DNA from: Isurus oxyrinchus
Taxonomy: Eukaryota
Length of the DNA stretch: 64,000 nt
Assembly (NCBI GenBank): GCA_026770705.1
Contig: JANJGN010000071.1
Span: forward strand, 248,001-312,000
Direction of reading: 5' to 3'
Within the stretch, counting starts at the first letter, position 1; each line of letters starts with the position of its first letter. The translations under genes were made by a program, and so were the position numbers. Shown piece by piece: positions 47,300 through 60,891 of the stretch. A model generated the notes under the pieces. The model searched no databases. It was given only the letters and a program-made list of their open reading frames with translations, and had not been told where the DNA came from.

Positions 47300-50200
47300 G
47301 AACTGTTGAATATTTGAGTCTCTAAAGTGTGGATTTAACCTTCTGGTACACCCAGATCTTGTGCTGGTTACCTTGTCTGGAGGTGTCTTTAACTGCTCAC
47401 AGTGATCTGTGGGATTGTCACCCTTGGATGTTGTTCCTGATTTCATGTGGGATCTTCTCCTCGATGGAATAGGAGCGGGAATGGATCTGATTTATCCTCA
47501 GTTCCGCCTCACCGCTGTGCCCTTGTGTGTTTGACTCCATAGGCCCTTGGTTCTGAACAAATCCTTGTCACCTCGGCTGGTGATCATGAACCTTCTGTGG
47601 GATCCTGGATGTGAACTTGTCCCAACTGTAAACTTGGCAACTGTGCACCTCCATTTTTATCATGAACATTCCTTATCTTCTCTTGTAGTTTTAAAAGTTG
47701 CCCTCTGGTTTCTGAGAGAGTAGAATGGGTAAGAATAGCGAAATTGGTCACTACTGGCCCACCAAACATGATCTCTGTCAGTGATGCAATAAGGTGAGGT
47801 GATGGTGTAGTGGTATTGTTGCTGGACGAGTAATTCAGAGACCCAGGGTAATGTCCTGAAAATATGAGTTCAAATCCTGTCATAATAGATGATGGAATTT
47901 GAATTTAATAAAAAGATGAAATTCAAAGTCTAGTGATGACCACAAAACCATTGTTGGAAATCCCACCTGGTTCACCAGTGCCCTTTAGGGAACAAAATTG
48001 CCTGGCCGACATGTGACTCCAGACTCCACGTCAATGTGGTTGACTCTTACATTAGGGATGGGTAATAAATCCTGGCCTGACCAGTGACTCCCACATCCCA
48101 TGAATGAATTTAACAAAGTTGCAGTTGTAGGTGTTGATCTCAGATGTAACATTGCAATGTGTGGATCTTGCTTGGTCTGTCTACATTTGAGAATTAGGGA
48201 TTTCACTGGTGTGAATCATTCATTCAGCTAGGCCGTTAGATCTGGGGTAATGAGGAGAAGAAGTTGTGTGATTGATATTCCAGATTATATGTACTCATGT
48301 CCCTAGGCTCACCAAATAAACTGAAAATAGTGCTTAGAATGTGTGCACCAGTAGTGCTCGGTGTGTTGTGTTATTTTTGAATAACGGGATATCTGGTAAA
48401 GCTGTCGACGATGACGATGAAGTCAGTGACATGGACATGAAAGGATTCAGATGTGAATTTGGACTAAGAATAGGCAGGAATTTCCTGTGGAATCAATGGT
48501 TCTTTGTGTTGACTTGGCTCATCCTCTTGACAAGCCTCGAACTTCCCTACAACGACTTCAAGGTCATTGTTCATACCCGGCCAGTGACTGTATCTCTTGT
48601 GAGTCTCCCTGTCTGATCTGTGCCCATGTGTGAGGGATGAAGTTGTTGAAGAATATATCATCACAAAGGTTCCGGTATGATGCGATGCCTGCCATTAAAA
48701 ATGACTCCCTGGGAGATGCCTCACTTATCCTGATGACATCAAGTTGAATCAGCCACCCTTTCAATGATATTTCCACAGTTCCTGTAGAATTTTTCACTGT
48801 TCCCTCTTGTAGCTGCTGGCATTTCTGTTGTGCTAAATGTACTGGATCAATTGACAGACTTGCATTCTCCTGCAGGTGTAATGTTGCAGCTCCCTTGAAA
48901 CTACAAATACTGTTGAAACTTTCTGCATATTTCAATGTTATGTCCATGAACTGAGTTGATGGGGTAGTTTCTGAGGTTGACCCATGTCAGGTCTGACAGA
49001 TTCCATGGATAGTCACTAGTGTGAGGTCACTGCATGCCGGTAGACTTGCAATTGCTCAGCCTTTAGTCTCCACAATGTAGAACATCTGTGACACCCAGGA
49101 GGATTGATTGTACTTGCACCCCAGGACTATGTATTCCGCACATGGAGTTGGTGAAGTGTTGTACACAGCAGTAGGTTTCCCCATGGACTTCCATGTCCTT
49201 GGATATATGTCTTTGAAAATTTGCTGGGGTGGGCTGGGGGAGGGGAATGTTGGCACTTGCCCTTGTGTCACTCTTGGCCAATAAAGGGGAGGTAGCCACT
49301 TTCTCAGGGCAGATAATTGGAATCTTGGCCAATAGTGCGGGTGATGTGACAGCATCTGTTCTCCGTGAGATCGATGGTGTAAAAGGTGTGAAATTGTTCA
49401 ACAATTGCACAAAACGTTGAGCACAAATGTTGCACAAACTCTAAGCCGGGGTTTTCCGGCCCGGTCATGGTGGGACCTGCCTTGGGAGATTGGGACAAAT
49501 ATAAATCCATTGGCTTTCGGCCGGACCGGACAATCCTGGCAGTGGGTGGGGCCAGAAAATCCTACCACTATGGGACATTTTCAGTTTATTTGATGTGCCC
49601 AGAGAGATCACTAAGGACAACAATCCACAATTTATTGACAAGCCACGACAGGATATGTGTGAGAGGTGGAATATCGATCACCGCACCTCGTCTCGCCGTG
49701 CACATCATCGCCATTTCCTGGTTTGTCAGTCACCACATGTATATGTTCCTGATGGGATAGCGGATGGTCATTCTTATTGATTGAAGGTTCCCCGTTGTGT
49801 AGGGTCTGTTTGGATCAGCGCACGGCTCTTTGCAGCTGCATCAGCCTTTGCTCTAGTGCTCTGCCGCTGTCACTGGCCCTTTCTGCCACAAGCCTTGCAG
49901 GATTGGTGGAAAGCTGGGCATTTCCTTGGTGCCTGCAGAAGGCCACACCTTCCACACGTCTCACTAGGTTTGGATGTTCTAGTGAGTGTGTCAACAATTG
50001 ATGTTGTACTGAGGACCTGTAAGCTTCGTTGACCTGCGAGGATCACTTCGTATTTATGTCCATCCTTGAGTAGCTCTTCAATGCTATAGGTTTTGGTCTT
50101 ATCTAGCAGATCTTTCTGGAAGGCTTCCATGGGAGTGGATGCGATCACCAACTCAACAACTGTGTCTGCAGGCTCTGTGTTTGAAATCACAGTGCGTACC

Positions 50201-51150
50201 CTTTTCTCTACATCGGCTGATGAAGTGGTCTATGGATTGTGTAGGCTGATGAAATGACATAAACTCTAGTTGATGAATATGGAGTTTCACCTGATTCTGA
50301 ACCTGTCTTCCAATATCGTCCATATCTATTGGGGATCCTTTCGCTCTTCTGCTGTTAATCCTGACGTGTTCAGCCTGTGTAGACCTTCATTCCCAATCAC
50401 GAGGTGAATTTTTATGGCTTGTTCGTCTGGTTCAGTCACACCTGAATCAGGAAACCAGAGCTCTGTACGCTGTTTAAACATTCTGAATTCAGATAGTCGG
50501 TCAGCTACATCCCAGTTCAAACTGGGGAATTTCATGGACATTCTGACAATATTCCTTTGACCTTCCTTCTCCTACAGGACCTGGGATGAGTGTCGCTTTA
50601 GCCCCTTTCGTGCGCTTTTCCGAAGCTCCGCCCACGAAGATGGGTTGTGGCAGGAACACACCACGGAGTAATGGAGTCTTTGTTTTTTATTCAATTTGCT
50701 GTTCAGCAATCTCGAAGCCGCCCGTTATAATCACTAACTTCTCTGGGCTGATTTTTATAATGGTTTTTGTGTGTTTGACTCTCCCTCGCTCACTATCGAT
50801 CCAGCCCACACCCGGGTCCCTCGCCTTCCCTGACTGAGCTAACCCGCTGCTGGTCCTGGCGATACACACTGTCCCACTCACTGACCTACAGGCCGTGTGC
50901 TGTAATCTCACCACGAGGGATCCGTCTGCTCCCCAGCTCATTACTTGAGCTCTTTCCCGTCACTGTGTCTTCAAAGGTTTCCTGAGCAGTCAGTACACTG
51001 CGATTTCAACCCTCTCTGATGCTGTGTCTCTGTTGTGGTCTGACCAAAGCGTCGAGGGTCGTCTCATGTCATGTAGCTCGATCTCAGGCTGTTCACCATG
51101 TCATACCTGTACTGAATCTTGCGGCCAGAATGTTTGGCCACCGCTGATCA
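47300..51150 (-). mobile_element. Decayed Gypsy-like retroelement with a nested SINE (~47795-48115) in the leader-V intron of unit E
   Basis: gag-like FRMFKQRTELWF with a degenerate CCHC knuckle; integrase zinc-finger-like WPGMNNDLE…ACQ…PSQHKEPL. Confidence 0.75.
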
Positions 51151-53994
51151 CCATGTTGTGTTTTTATAATGATATAAAGGCACCAGCCACTGATACGGAA
51201 TTGGGTAAATACATTGTGGGTTCAGTTATTTAGAATGGGGACATGAGAACAGATATACAAGGATAGAAAGCTGGGAGACACCTGCAGCCAAACTGTGTGA
51301 GCTGTGTTCTGCTCACAGGCCAAAGTGAGACTTGGACTGGATGGTGTTATCATCCCAGCTGATGTTACTACTGGGCAAGTCAGATCCCAGGGTGGAACTC
51401 AGCTTGATAGGTCCTAACTTTTATTTTTTATTTAGGAATGTGGAGTGCTGCTACTGAACAGAGTCACAGGAATCATCTGATGACCTTCTAACAAAAGAAT
51501 AAAACATTTATTAAACTAGGAAAGACAAACTATATTACATTACTCCTTCACCCAGACCTATACCTTTACAGATTCATAAGTAGAATACAAGTTACAATAA
51601 CTATCTTATACTCTCATGTTCACACTAAGTACACAGTTCATGCAAACCAATAGACGACCTGGTGTCAGGGACACCACATTCTGTAACCAAGTGATAGACC
51701 CCAATTGGAACAAATGCTATGGGTTTCAGGTCAACTGACTCCAGACACTTGTTTCACCATGAGGCAACTGGTCTTACAAAACTGTATCTTTCACATGAGA
51801 GTTTCCAATCTCTACTCACCAAGTGCTCTCTTTGGAATCTTCTCCAACATGACACTTTCACTCAGAGACCTTCCACAAGGGTCCACTTCCACGATTTCAA
51901 ACTCTCCTTCCCATGTTCCTGCCCCCTGGATCGCCACGTGCATTCAGCCTTCCTTCTACGCGTTGTCTTTCCAATGCTCAGTCATGCCAATGGAACACCA
52001 TGGCTTCACATGGTCATAGTAAGAAGACATCAACATTTGGCTGTCTCCTATGATCTTCTGGCTTCTAATCAGCCTTTTTTGCTTTAGGTCTGTGTCCTTT
52101 TGCTTTTTCTCTTTTAGCTTGGATCCCTCCTCTGCTCCTCAATCTTATCTCGACTTAACAGGACCTTTTTCAGATTCCTGATCTTCTTTGGAGTAGAAGG
52201 TCTTCTTGGCTCTTTCTCCTGTTCCACTCGATAGTTTTGGCTTCTTCTTTACTTTGGGACTGACTATCTGTCCCGCTCCTTTGCTGCTTCTCCTGGCAAC
52301 TCCTTTCAACCAAACTGAAAGCACATTTCTGTTTTTCTCTGTCTCTATGGGTCCGTCCCTCTGGATCACTGTTGCTTAGCAATAGCACAGTTTCTTACAC
52401 CTTGTGTTTGTTTTGACTTTCCTTCAAGAGACATCAAACCCCATTAGATTGCTAAACGAAAATGAAACCAAAACTGAAGTTTCCCCCTTTCTTAACACAC
52501 AAATACAGAAATCAAACTAAACTTGAACATAAACATATACCTTATCCCTAACACACACAAATACACATAGAACTTACTTAAGCTATACCCAATTCCTAAA
52601 ATCACATGACACACTTCCCCTCGAGTGATGTCATGCTGCTGTCCCTGAAAGGCATATTACAACAGTGTTATCACTTGGCAGGTGATGTGTGCCAGGCAGA
52701 CCAAGTCCATGAGAGAAAGATGGTCACATGATCATAATGATTTTGCAATTTGTATTTATTATGAGATGTGTGCACTGAATTCAGAAGCAATAATTACACC
52801 AAGACCTTTAGAGATTTGAAAATTAAATTAAAATACTTGCTCTCAAAATAAATGATTTGAAGCACATACATAACTCTACAATTACCACTATAATAATTCT
52901 TAAAATTCTGAATTAAACTGACTCCCAGTTACACTCCCTTTAAGGCAACGGTCCAAAAATAGACTTTATATTTAAAACAAACCCAGCAAGTTAACACAAT
53001 ATAAAAGCAATACCCTGCACAGAGGAATTCCAAGTGGCTTTTCCCCAACTTCAGTTCTGTTGGATAGCAGGCTTGTGCACAAATGCTAGAGGTTTCATTA
53101 AGACTATATCACACACTCGTGTTAGATCTTACATGGCATTCTGACACATAGCCTTTCATTCTCCCTGATAGATATATATTTCTCTCTTTGTAACATGAAA
53201 ATTCTATTGTTCCATATGTTTTTGAAACTGTATATTCCACATAACAAACTCTTTCGTGGTGCCCATATTGCCAGGAGCCTTTGAGAAAAATAAACACATT
53301 CCTTAGTCTTGCTTATCTGGCTAGTTGTAAACAAGCTAAGATTCCTTTGAAATCCAACAACCCCTTCATTGATAGAAAAATGCAAATTCTCTTCATACCT
53401 TCCATGCTAAGCAGCATCCATGTTTCCTCAATAGCATGTCAAGCACCTAGCTCCTTTTGATCATTTTAAACTTCCAATCTAATTAACTCCAAATGTACTT
53501 AAATCACATGCAGACCCATCATGCGTACCCCCATAAACCTACTTCACAATATACTATAAAATATTATGAAAATTATTATACTTACATCACAATAGGAACC
53601 ACTGCCTTAGACACTGAGGATCTAGGACAGCTAGGCCAATTCATGATTCATGATGGTGATAATGGGGGAATTCTGAAGGCTCCTAATCCATTGTCCTACG
53701 TTGTAAATCAGCAGTGAACTCACTTCAATTAGTGTGTCTTGTAGACACTGTGTTGGGTGGCAGACTGACTTCACTAAATAGGTACCTGAGGGTCATGAGC
53801 CAATTTAGAATGAACTTGTCCACTCCTGTGTCCGGAATTCTCTTCAATCTGTTGTGAAACCTTGGGGCATTCATTGTGTGACCTGTGGATTATCCAGACT
53901 GCAGCCTGTGTGCCCCAGTGATGGAGGGGGTGAATATTGAGTCTAGTGGATTGAGAAAACATTCAGAGTTAAATATTGATATTTCTCTCCCTAG

Positions 53995-54369
53995 TTGGAC
54001 TATCACAAGTGTGGAAAGGTTACACTCCAGGAGAGGTGACAGCGCAGGAAGGTTCGTGTGTACAGATTCCATGTAATTACAGTTATCCATCATATTTAGT
54101 AGCGAGATCACCAGTCGGAATCTGGTATATGAGAAGGAATTGGGAAAAATGGAATGAACGGTCTATAGCCTTTCACTCCAAGGATCATAATCGCGAGTTA
54201 CCACAGTTCCACCATCGGACCCAGCTGTCTGGAGACCTGAAAGATGGCGACTGTTCCCTGATTATAAACAACATCAGACGGGAAGATGCAGGATATTATT
54301 TATTCAGCCTAGAATTTGACAACAGGAATAGATACAACGACCGTCCTGAAACCCAGCTTCACGTTTCTG
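53995..54369 (+). CDS. V-set exon E1 (intact, divergent, essential Arg replaced by Ser)
   Basis: ccctag| and |gtaagt; 375 nt; …GIWYMRRNWEKWNERSIAF…EDAGYYLFSLEFDNRNRYNDRPETQLHVS. Confidence 0.9.
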
Positions 54370-54619
54370 GTAAGTGCTGTGTTATAATTACTCAACAATT
54401 CACATCCAGCACTCAATGGGAAATAATAGTGTTTGATTTGCTTGTTTTTTGGCCGTGTTAACCAGCGCCACTATTTTTAATGATTTGTCTATTTCTGCTC
54501 CCAGATCCATAAGCTTATTGTGTGTGATTGAATCCACATCATAGCTGTAACATAAACCGAGCTGAGGGGTGATGACACCTCCCCCCTGAGTGAAGTATCT
54601 CCTCCCCACTACACCTTCC

Positions 54620-56330
54620 ACCCCTCACACTGTCCGTGTAAACCCCCGTCCCATCTCCAGCCTCTCTTTCCCCTCCAAAGTCCTGCAACCTGTTTCCATC
54701 TCCCGAATCTGTTCCCATCTTTCCCGGAACTCCATGTTTGAATCCCTCCAATCAGGTTCCCACCCCAGCCACTGTGCTGAAACAGCTCTTATCAAGGTCA
54801 CAAATGGCATCCTGTGTGACTGTGACAAAGGTCAACTTTCCCTCCTCGTCCTTCTCGATCTGTCTGCAGCCTTTGACACGCTCGACCACACCATCCTCCT
54901 CCAACACCTGTCCACTGTGGTCCAGCTGGGTGGGACTGCTCTCCCCTGGCTCCATTCTTATCCATCTCATCGTAGCCAGAGAATCACTTGCAATGGCTTT
55001 GCAGCATCATCTGAACAGTGTTAGTTTTCACCTGTCCACTGAGGATCCCCAGCTCTACCTCACCACCACCTCTCTCGACTCCTCCACTGCTGCTAAATTA
55101 TCAGGCTGCTTATCCGACATCCAGTACTGGATGGGCAGAAATTCCCTCCAATTAAATATTGGAAAGACTGAAGCCATTGTCTTCATTCCCCGCTCCAAAC
55201 TCTGTTCCCTCGCTACCAACTCCATTCCTCTCCCTGGCAGCTCTCTGAGATTGAAGCCAATCTGTTCACAGCTTTGTTGTCCCATTTGATCCTGAGATGA
55301 GCTTCCGGCCTCCTATCTGCGCCCTCACTAACACCGTCTATTTCCACCTCCGTAACATCGCACGACGTCACCCTGTCTCAGCTCATCTGCTGCTGAAACC
55401 CTCATCCACGCCTTCATTACCTCCAGTCTCGACTGTTCCAACACACGCTCTACACTCCATAAACTTGAGGCCATCCAAAACTGCTGACCACGTCCTTACT
55501 CACACCAAGTCCCGTTCCCTTATCACCCGCTCTGCTCGATGACCGAGACTGGCTCCTGGTCAAGCAAAGTCTCAATGTCACAATTTTCATCTTTGTTTCC
55601 TCACTATCTCTGTAATCTCCTCGTCCTCCTCCAGTACCTACAACCATCCCATTCTCTGTAACCTCTTCAAGCCTCTACCGCTTCCCTATATCTGTAAATT
55701 CATCCTGCCCAACAAACCTACCAATCTCTGCAACCTCCTCCAGCCACTACAACCCTCCCTATTTCTGTAACTTCCTCCTGCCCCTAAAAGCTTCCGTATC
55801 TCTGTAGCCTGCTCCAGTCCCGACAACTTTCCCTGCCCCTGTAACCTGCCCCAGTCACTACAACCCTCCCTACCTCTGCAAACTCCTCCAGACCCTACAC
55901 TCTCCCAATCTCTCTTAACTTTTCCAGCCCCTACAAACCTCCCTATCGCTATAACTCCTCCAATCACTGCAAACCTCGCTATCTCTGTAACCTCCTCCAG
56001 CCCCTACAACCCTCCCTATCTCTGTAACCTCCTCCAGACCCACCAACCTTCAGAGGTCTCTGCGCTCCTCCAATTCCAGCCTCTTGACCATCCCCCGATC
56101 TCAACACTCTAACATTGGTGGCCATGCCTTCAGCTGCCTGGGGACCGAGCTCCGTAATACCCTGCCTTAAGCCCTCTCCATCCCTCACACTCACTCTCTC
56201 TCTCTCACTAACCATTTCATCCCTCTTTTAAGTTTCTCCATAACACCGATCCCTTCTGGTCAGCTGTCGCTAATATCTCCACATGTGTCTGGGTGACATA
56301 CTTTGTTTTATGACACTCCTGTGTAGCACC
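54620..56330 (+). mobile_element. L2-type LINE fragment with pyrimidine-rich tandem expansion
   Basis: ETALIKVTN.IL…LLVLLDLSAAFDTLDHTILL, LQLNIGKTEAI. Confidence 0.85.
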
Positions 56331-57773
56331 TTGGGGTGATTTGTCATGTTAAAGTTGTTGTGAAAATATAAGTTGTTGCCCTTTGACCCTCGACCCCAGA
56401 TTGAGTCTTATTTTTGAGGGAATGTACAACCTGCTTAGATTTCTGACCAAAGTGTCATTTGATTATTTTTATTGAGCGAATGCCAAGCCCCGATACCGAG
56501 CGAGAGCCTCCTCATTTGCTGAGTTTAAGGTGATGAGTCAGCCCCTTAGTCCGTACAGGGGATTCTCCTCGGTAATGTACAGCCTTGTTTGTGTCTCTCC
56601 ACAAGCGCATGAGGGATTTGTACAGAGGCTGCAGCGCTGGAGGGGGTCTGCACAGGGGTCCTGGCCTGTCCTGAGCCGGTTTTAGCAAGGACCACTCTGG
56701 CCTTGGCAGCTGAAAGCCAGCCATTGGACAGACAGGGCCTGTCACAAGGAGCCTGTTAGTCACTCCCCCCCGTGTCTCCTGTGCTCGGATCCAGACCATG
56801 TTGGCTGGTGGATCTGGCTCAGGAAGGGTCCTCCCCATGGGACCCCCAGATGGAAGGTGGGTCGAGCGGGTCAGTCACTTGCATGTTTATTCTGCAGCTT
56901 TAATATTTTAAGAAGGTAAGAATGTAGGAACATAAGAAATAGGGACAGGAGCAGGCCATTCGGCCCCTCGAGCCTGCCCTCGCTGATCTGGTTGTGGCCT
57001 TAACTCCATTTTCCTGCCTGTCCCCCAAACCCTTGACTCCCTTGTCGATCAAAAACCTGCCTCACTCAGCCTTGAGTCTATTCAATGGCCCAGCATCCAC
57101 TGCTCTCTGGGGAAGGGAATTCCACAGGCTAGCGCCCCTCTGAGAGAGGAAATTCCTCCTCATCTCAGTCTTAAATGGGAGAGTCCTCATTCCGAAACTG
57201 TGCTCCCTGGTTCTAGATTCCCCCACGAGGGGGAAACATCCTCCCAGCATCCACCCTGTCAAGCCCCCTCGGAATTGGATATGTTTCAATAAGGTCACCC
57301 CTCATTCTTCTAAACTCCAATGGATACAGGCCCAACCTGCTCAACATTTCCTCACAGGACAAACCCTTTAATCCCAGGAATCAGCCCAGTGAAGCTTCTC
57401 TGAACTGCCTGTACACAATGATCCTGTTACAATCTCACTAACGCCCTGTGCAGCTGTTGCAAGACTTCCCTCCTTTTATACTCCATCCCTTTGCAATAAA
57501 GGCCAACATTCCACTTGCCTTCCTCATTCTGTGGTGTTCCTGAATGCTGACTTTCTGTGATTCATGTACAAGGACACCCAGATCCCTCTGTACTGCATTC
57601 TGCAGCCTGTCTCCAGTTAAATAATATTCTGATTTTCTATTCTTCCTGCCAAAATAATTTGTTGCCATTCTCCTCAGTATTGACCATCCCCCCAATTCAG
57701 CCTCATCTGTAAATTTTGAGTCTAGTGGATCCACAAGCCATCCAGAGATAAATATTGAGATTTCTCTCCCCAG

Positions 57774-58142
57774 TTGGACTGTCACAAGAGTGGAAAGGTG
57801 ACACTCCACGAGAGGTGACAGCTCAGGAAGGTTCCTGTGTACAGATTCCATGTCATTACAGTTATCCATCGTGTCTGGAAAACCAACCGCGAGGTGGACT
57901 CTGGTTTAATAATGAGAAACAGATTCCCTGGGCTCCCATTGCCTTTCACTCCAAGGATCACAGTCACGAGTTACCACGGTTCCGCCATCGGACCCGGCTG
58001 TCTGGAGACCTGAAAGATGGCGACTGTTCCCTGATTATAAACAACATCAGACGGGAAGATGCAGGACCTTATTTTTTCAGAATAGAATTTGACAATGGTC
58101 CGAGACATAACTATTACCCTGTAACCCAGCTTCACGTTTCTG
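57774..58142 (+). CDS. V-set exon E2 (intact, Arg present)
   Basis: 369 nt, phase 1-1, ag/gt intact; YFFRIEFDNGPRHNYYP. Confidence 0.9.
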
Positions 58143-60055
58143 GTAAGTGCTGTGTTATAATTACTCAACAATTCACATCCAACACTCAATGGGAAATAAC
58201 ACAATCTGTGACGTTTACATATTAACACAAAACACAGGTTATTATAACACACTGTCTGATTCTCAATAACCTGGTGATAGCTTCCAGTTCAGTCCTAAAA
58301 CAACCTCTAATACTCACTTTAATATCAATAATTAAATGTGTTGACTGTGTCTATCAATGTTATCAGTTTATCCACTCCCATCAATCTCTCAAATCCTGTC
58401 TCGAAGTCTGACATATCGACAGAAGAAAGATTTACATTTCTACAGCGCCTTTCACCACCCTAGAGTTCCTACCCTAAATCTCTCCCTCTCTCTCTCTCTC
58501 TGTCTCTTTATCTCTGTCTCTCCATAACACCGACCTCTTCTGGTCAGCTGTCGCTAATATCTCCACATGTGTCTGGGTGACATACTTTGTTTTATGACGC
58601 TCCTGTGTAGCACCTTGGGGTGATTTGTCATGTTAAAGTTGTTGTGAAAATATAAGTTGTTGCCCTTTGACTCTCGACCCCAGATCGAGTCTTATTTTAG
58701 AGGGAATGTACAACCTCCTTAGATTTCTGACCAAATGTCATTTGATTATTTTTATTGAGCGAATGCCAAGCCCCGATACCGAGCGAGAGCCTCCTCATTT
58801 GCCGAGTTTAGGGTGATGAGTCAGCACCTTAGTCTGTAGAGGGGATTCTCCTCGGTAATGAGCAGCCTTGTTTGTGTCTCTCCACAAGCGCATGAGGGAT
58901 TTGTACAGAGGCTGCAGCGCTGGAGGGGGTCTGCACAGGGGTCCTGGCCTGTCCTGAGCCGGTTTTAGCAAGGACCACTCTGGCCTTGGCAGCTGAAAGC
59001 CAGCCATTGGACAGACGGGGCCTGTCACAAGGAGCCTGTTAGTCACTCCCCCCAGTGTCTCCTGTGCTCAGATCTAGACCATGTTGGCTGGTGGATCTGG
59101 CTCAGGAAGGGTCCTCCCCATGGGACCCCCAGATGGAAGGTGGGTCGAGCGGGTCATTCACTTGCATGTTTATTCTGCGGCTTTAATATTTTAAGATGGT
59201 AAGAATGTAGGAACATAAGAAACAGGGACAGGAGCAGGCCATTCGGCCCCTCGAGCATGCTCTCACTGATCTGGTTGTTGCCTTAACTCCATTTTCCTGC
59301 CTGTCCCCCAAACCCTTGACTCCCTTGTCGATCAAAAACCTGCCTCACTCAGCCTTGAGTCTATTCAATGGCCCAGCCTCCACTGCTCTCTGGGGAAGAG
59401 AATTCCACAGGCTAGCGCCCCTCTGAGAGAGGAAATTCCTCCTCATCTCAGTCTTAAATGGGAGAGCACTCATTCCAAAACTGTGCTCCCTGGTTCTAGA
59501 TTCCCCCACGAGGGGGAAACATCCTCCCAGCATCCACCCTGTCAAGCCCCCTCGGAATCGGATATGTTTCAGTAAGGTCAGCCCTCATTCTTCTAAACTC
59601 CAATGGATACAGGCCCAACCTGCTCAACATTTCCTCACAGGACAAACCCTTTAATCCCAGGAATCAGCCCAGTGTAGCTTCTCTGAACTGCCTGCACACA
59701 ATGATCCTGTTAAAATCTCACTAACGCCCTGTGCAGCTGTTGCAAGACTTCCCTCCTTTTATACTCCATCCCTTTGCAATAAAGGCCAACATTCCACTTG
59801 CCTTCCTCATTCCATGGTTTTCCTGAATGCTGACTTTCTGTGATTCATGTACAAGGACACCCAGATCCCTCTGTACTGCATTCTGCATCCTGTCTCCATT
59901 TAAATAATATTCTGATTTTCTATTCTTCCTGCCAAAATAATTTGTTGCCATTCTCCTCAGTATTGACCATCCCCCAATTCAGCCTCATCTGTAAATTTTG
60001 AGTCTAGTGGATCCACAAGCCATCCAGAGATAAATATTGAGATTTCTCTCCCCAG

Positions 60056-60424
60056 TTGGACTGTCACAAGAGTGGAAAGGTGACACTCCACGAGAGGTGA
60101 CAGCTCAGGAAGGTTCCTGTGTACAGATTCCATGTCATTACAGTTATCCATCGTGTCTGGAAAACCAACCGCGAGGTGGACTCTGGTTTAATAATGAGAA
60201 ACAGATTCCCTGGGCTCCCATTGCCTTTCACTCCAAGGATCACAGTCACGAGTTACCACGGTTCCACCATCGGATCCGGCTGTCTGGAGACCTGAAAGAT
60301 GGCGACTGTTCCCTGATTATAAACAACATCAGACGGGAAGATGCAGGACCTTATTTTTTCAGAATAGAATTTGACAATGGTCCGAGCTATAACTATTACC
60401 CTGTAACCCAGCTTCACGTTTCTG
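60056..60424 (+). CDS. V-set exon E3 (intact, Arg present)
   Basis: 369 nt, phase 1-1; differs from E2 at RFHHRIR and GPSYNYYP. Confidence 0.9.
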
Positions 60425-60891
60425 GTAAGTGCTGTGTTATAATTACTCAACAATTCACATTCAACACTCAATGGGAAATAACACAAACTGTGACGTTTAC
60501 ATATTAACACAAAACACAGCTTATTATAACACACTGTCTGATTCTCAATAACCTGATGATAGCTTCCAGTTCAGTCCTAAAGCAACCTCTAATACTTACT
60601 TTAATATCAATGATTAAATGTGTTGACTGTGTCTATCAATGTTATCAGTTTATCCACTCCCATCAATCTCTCAAATCCTGTCTTGAAGTCTGACATATCG
60701 ACAGAAGAAAGATTTACATTTCTACAGCGCCTTTCACCACCCTAGAGTTCCCACCCTAAACCTCTCCCTCTCCCTCTTCCTCTCCCTATCTCTCTCTCTC
60801 TCGCTGTGTCTCTCTGTCTCTTTCTCTCTGTCTTTCCATAACACCGACCTCTTCTGGCCAGCTGTCACTAATATCTCCACATGTGTCACAG

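Larger units (their letters stand above)
56238..60888 (+). repeat. Recent tandem duplication of a ~2.3-kb V-exon cassette (56238-58521, 58522-60835, plus ~50 nt of a third start)
   Basis: ccataacaccga…tctccacatgtgtc recurs at 56238, 58522 and 60836; the V exons are offset by 2282 nt. Confidence 0.93.

Noticed and set aside
47795-48115. tRNA gene (A/B-box-like sequence)
   Set aside because: Degenerate tRNA-derived SINE head followed by a LINE-like tail; no cloverleaf
53995-60500. Rearranging V gene segments (Ig/TCR/NAR) with RSS
   Set aside because: V exons include the G strand, end in GT donors, have the Siglec B-E Cys pattern without the YYC motif, and no heptamer-spacer-nonamer was seen at their 3' ends
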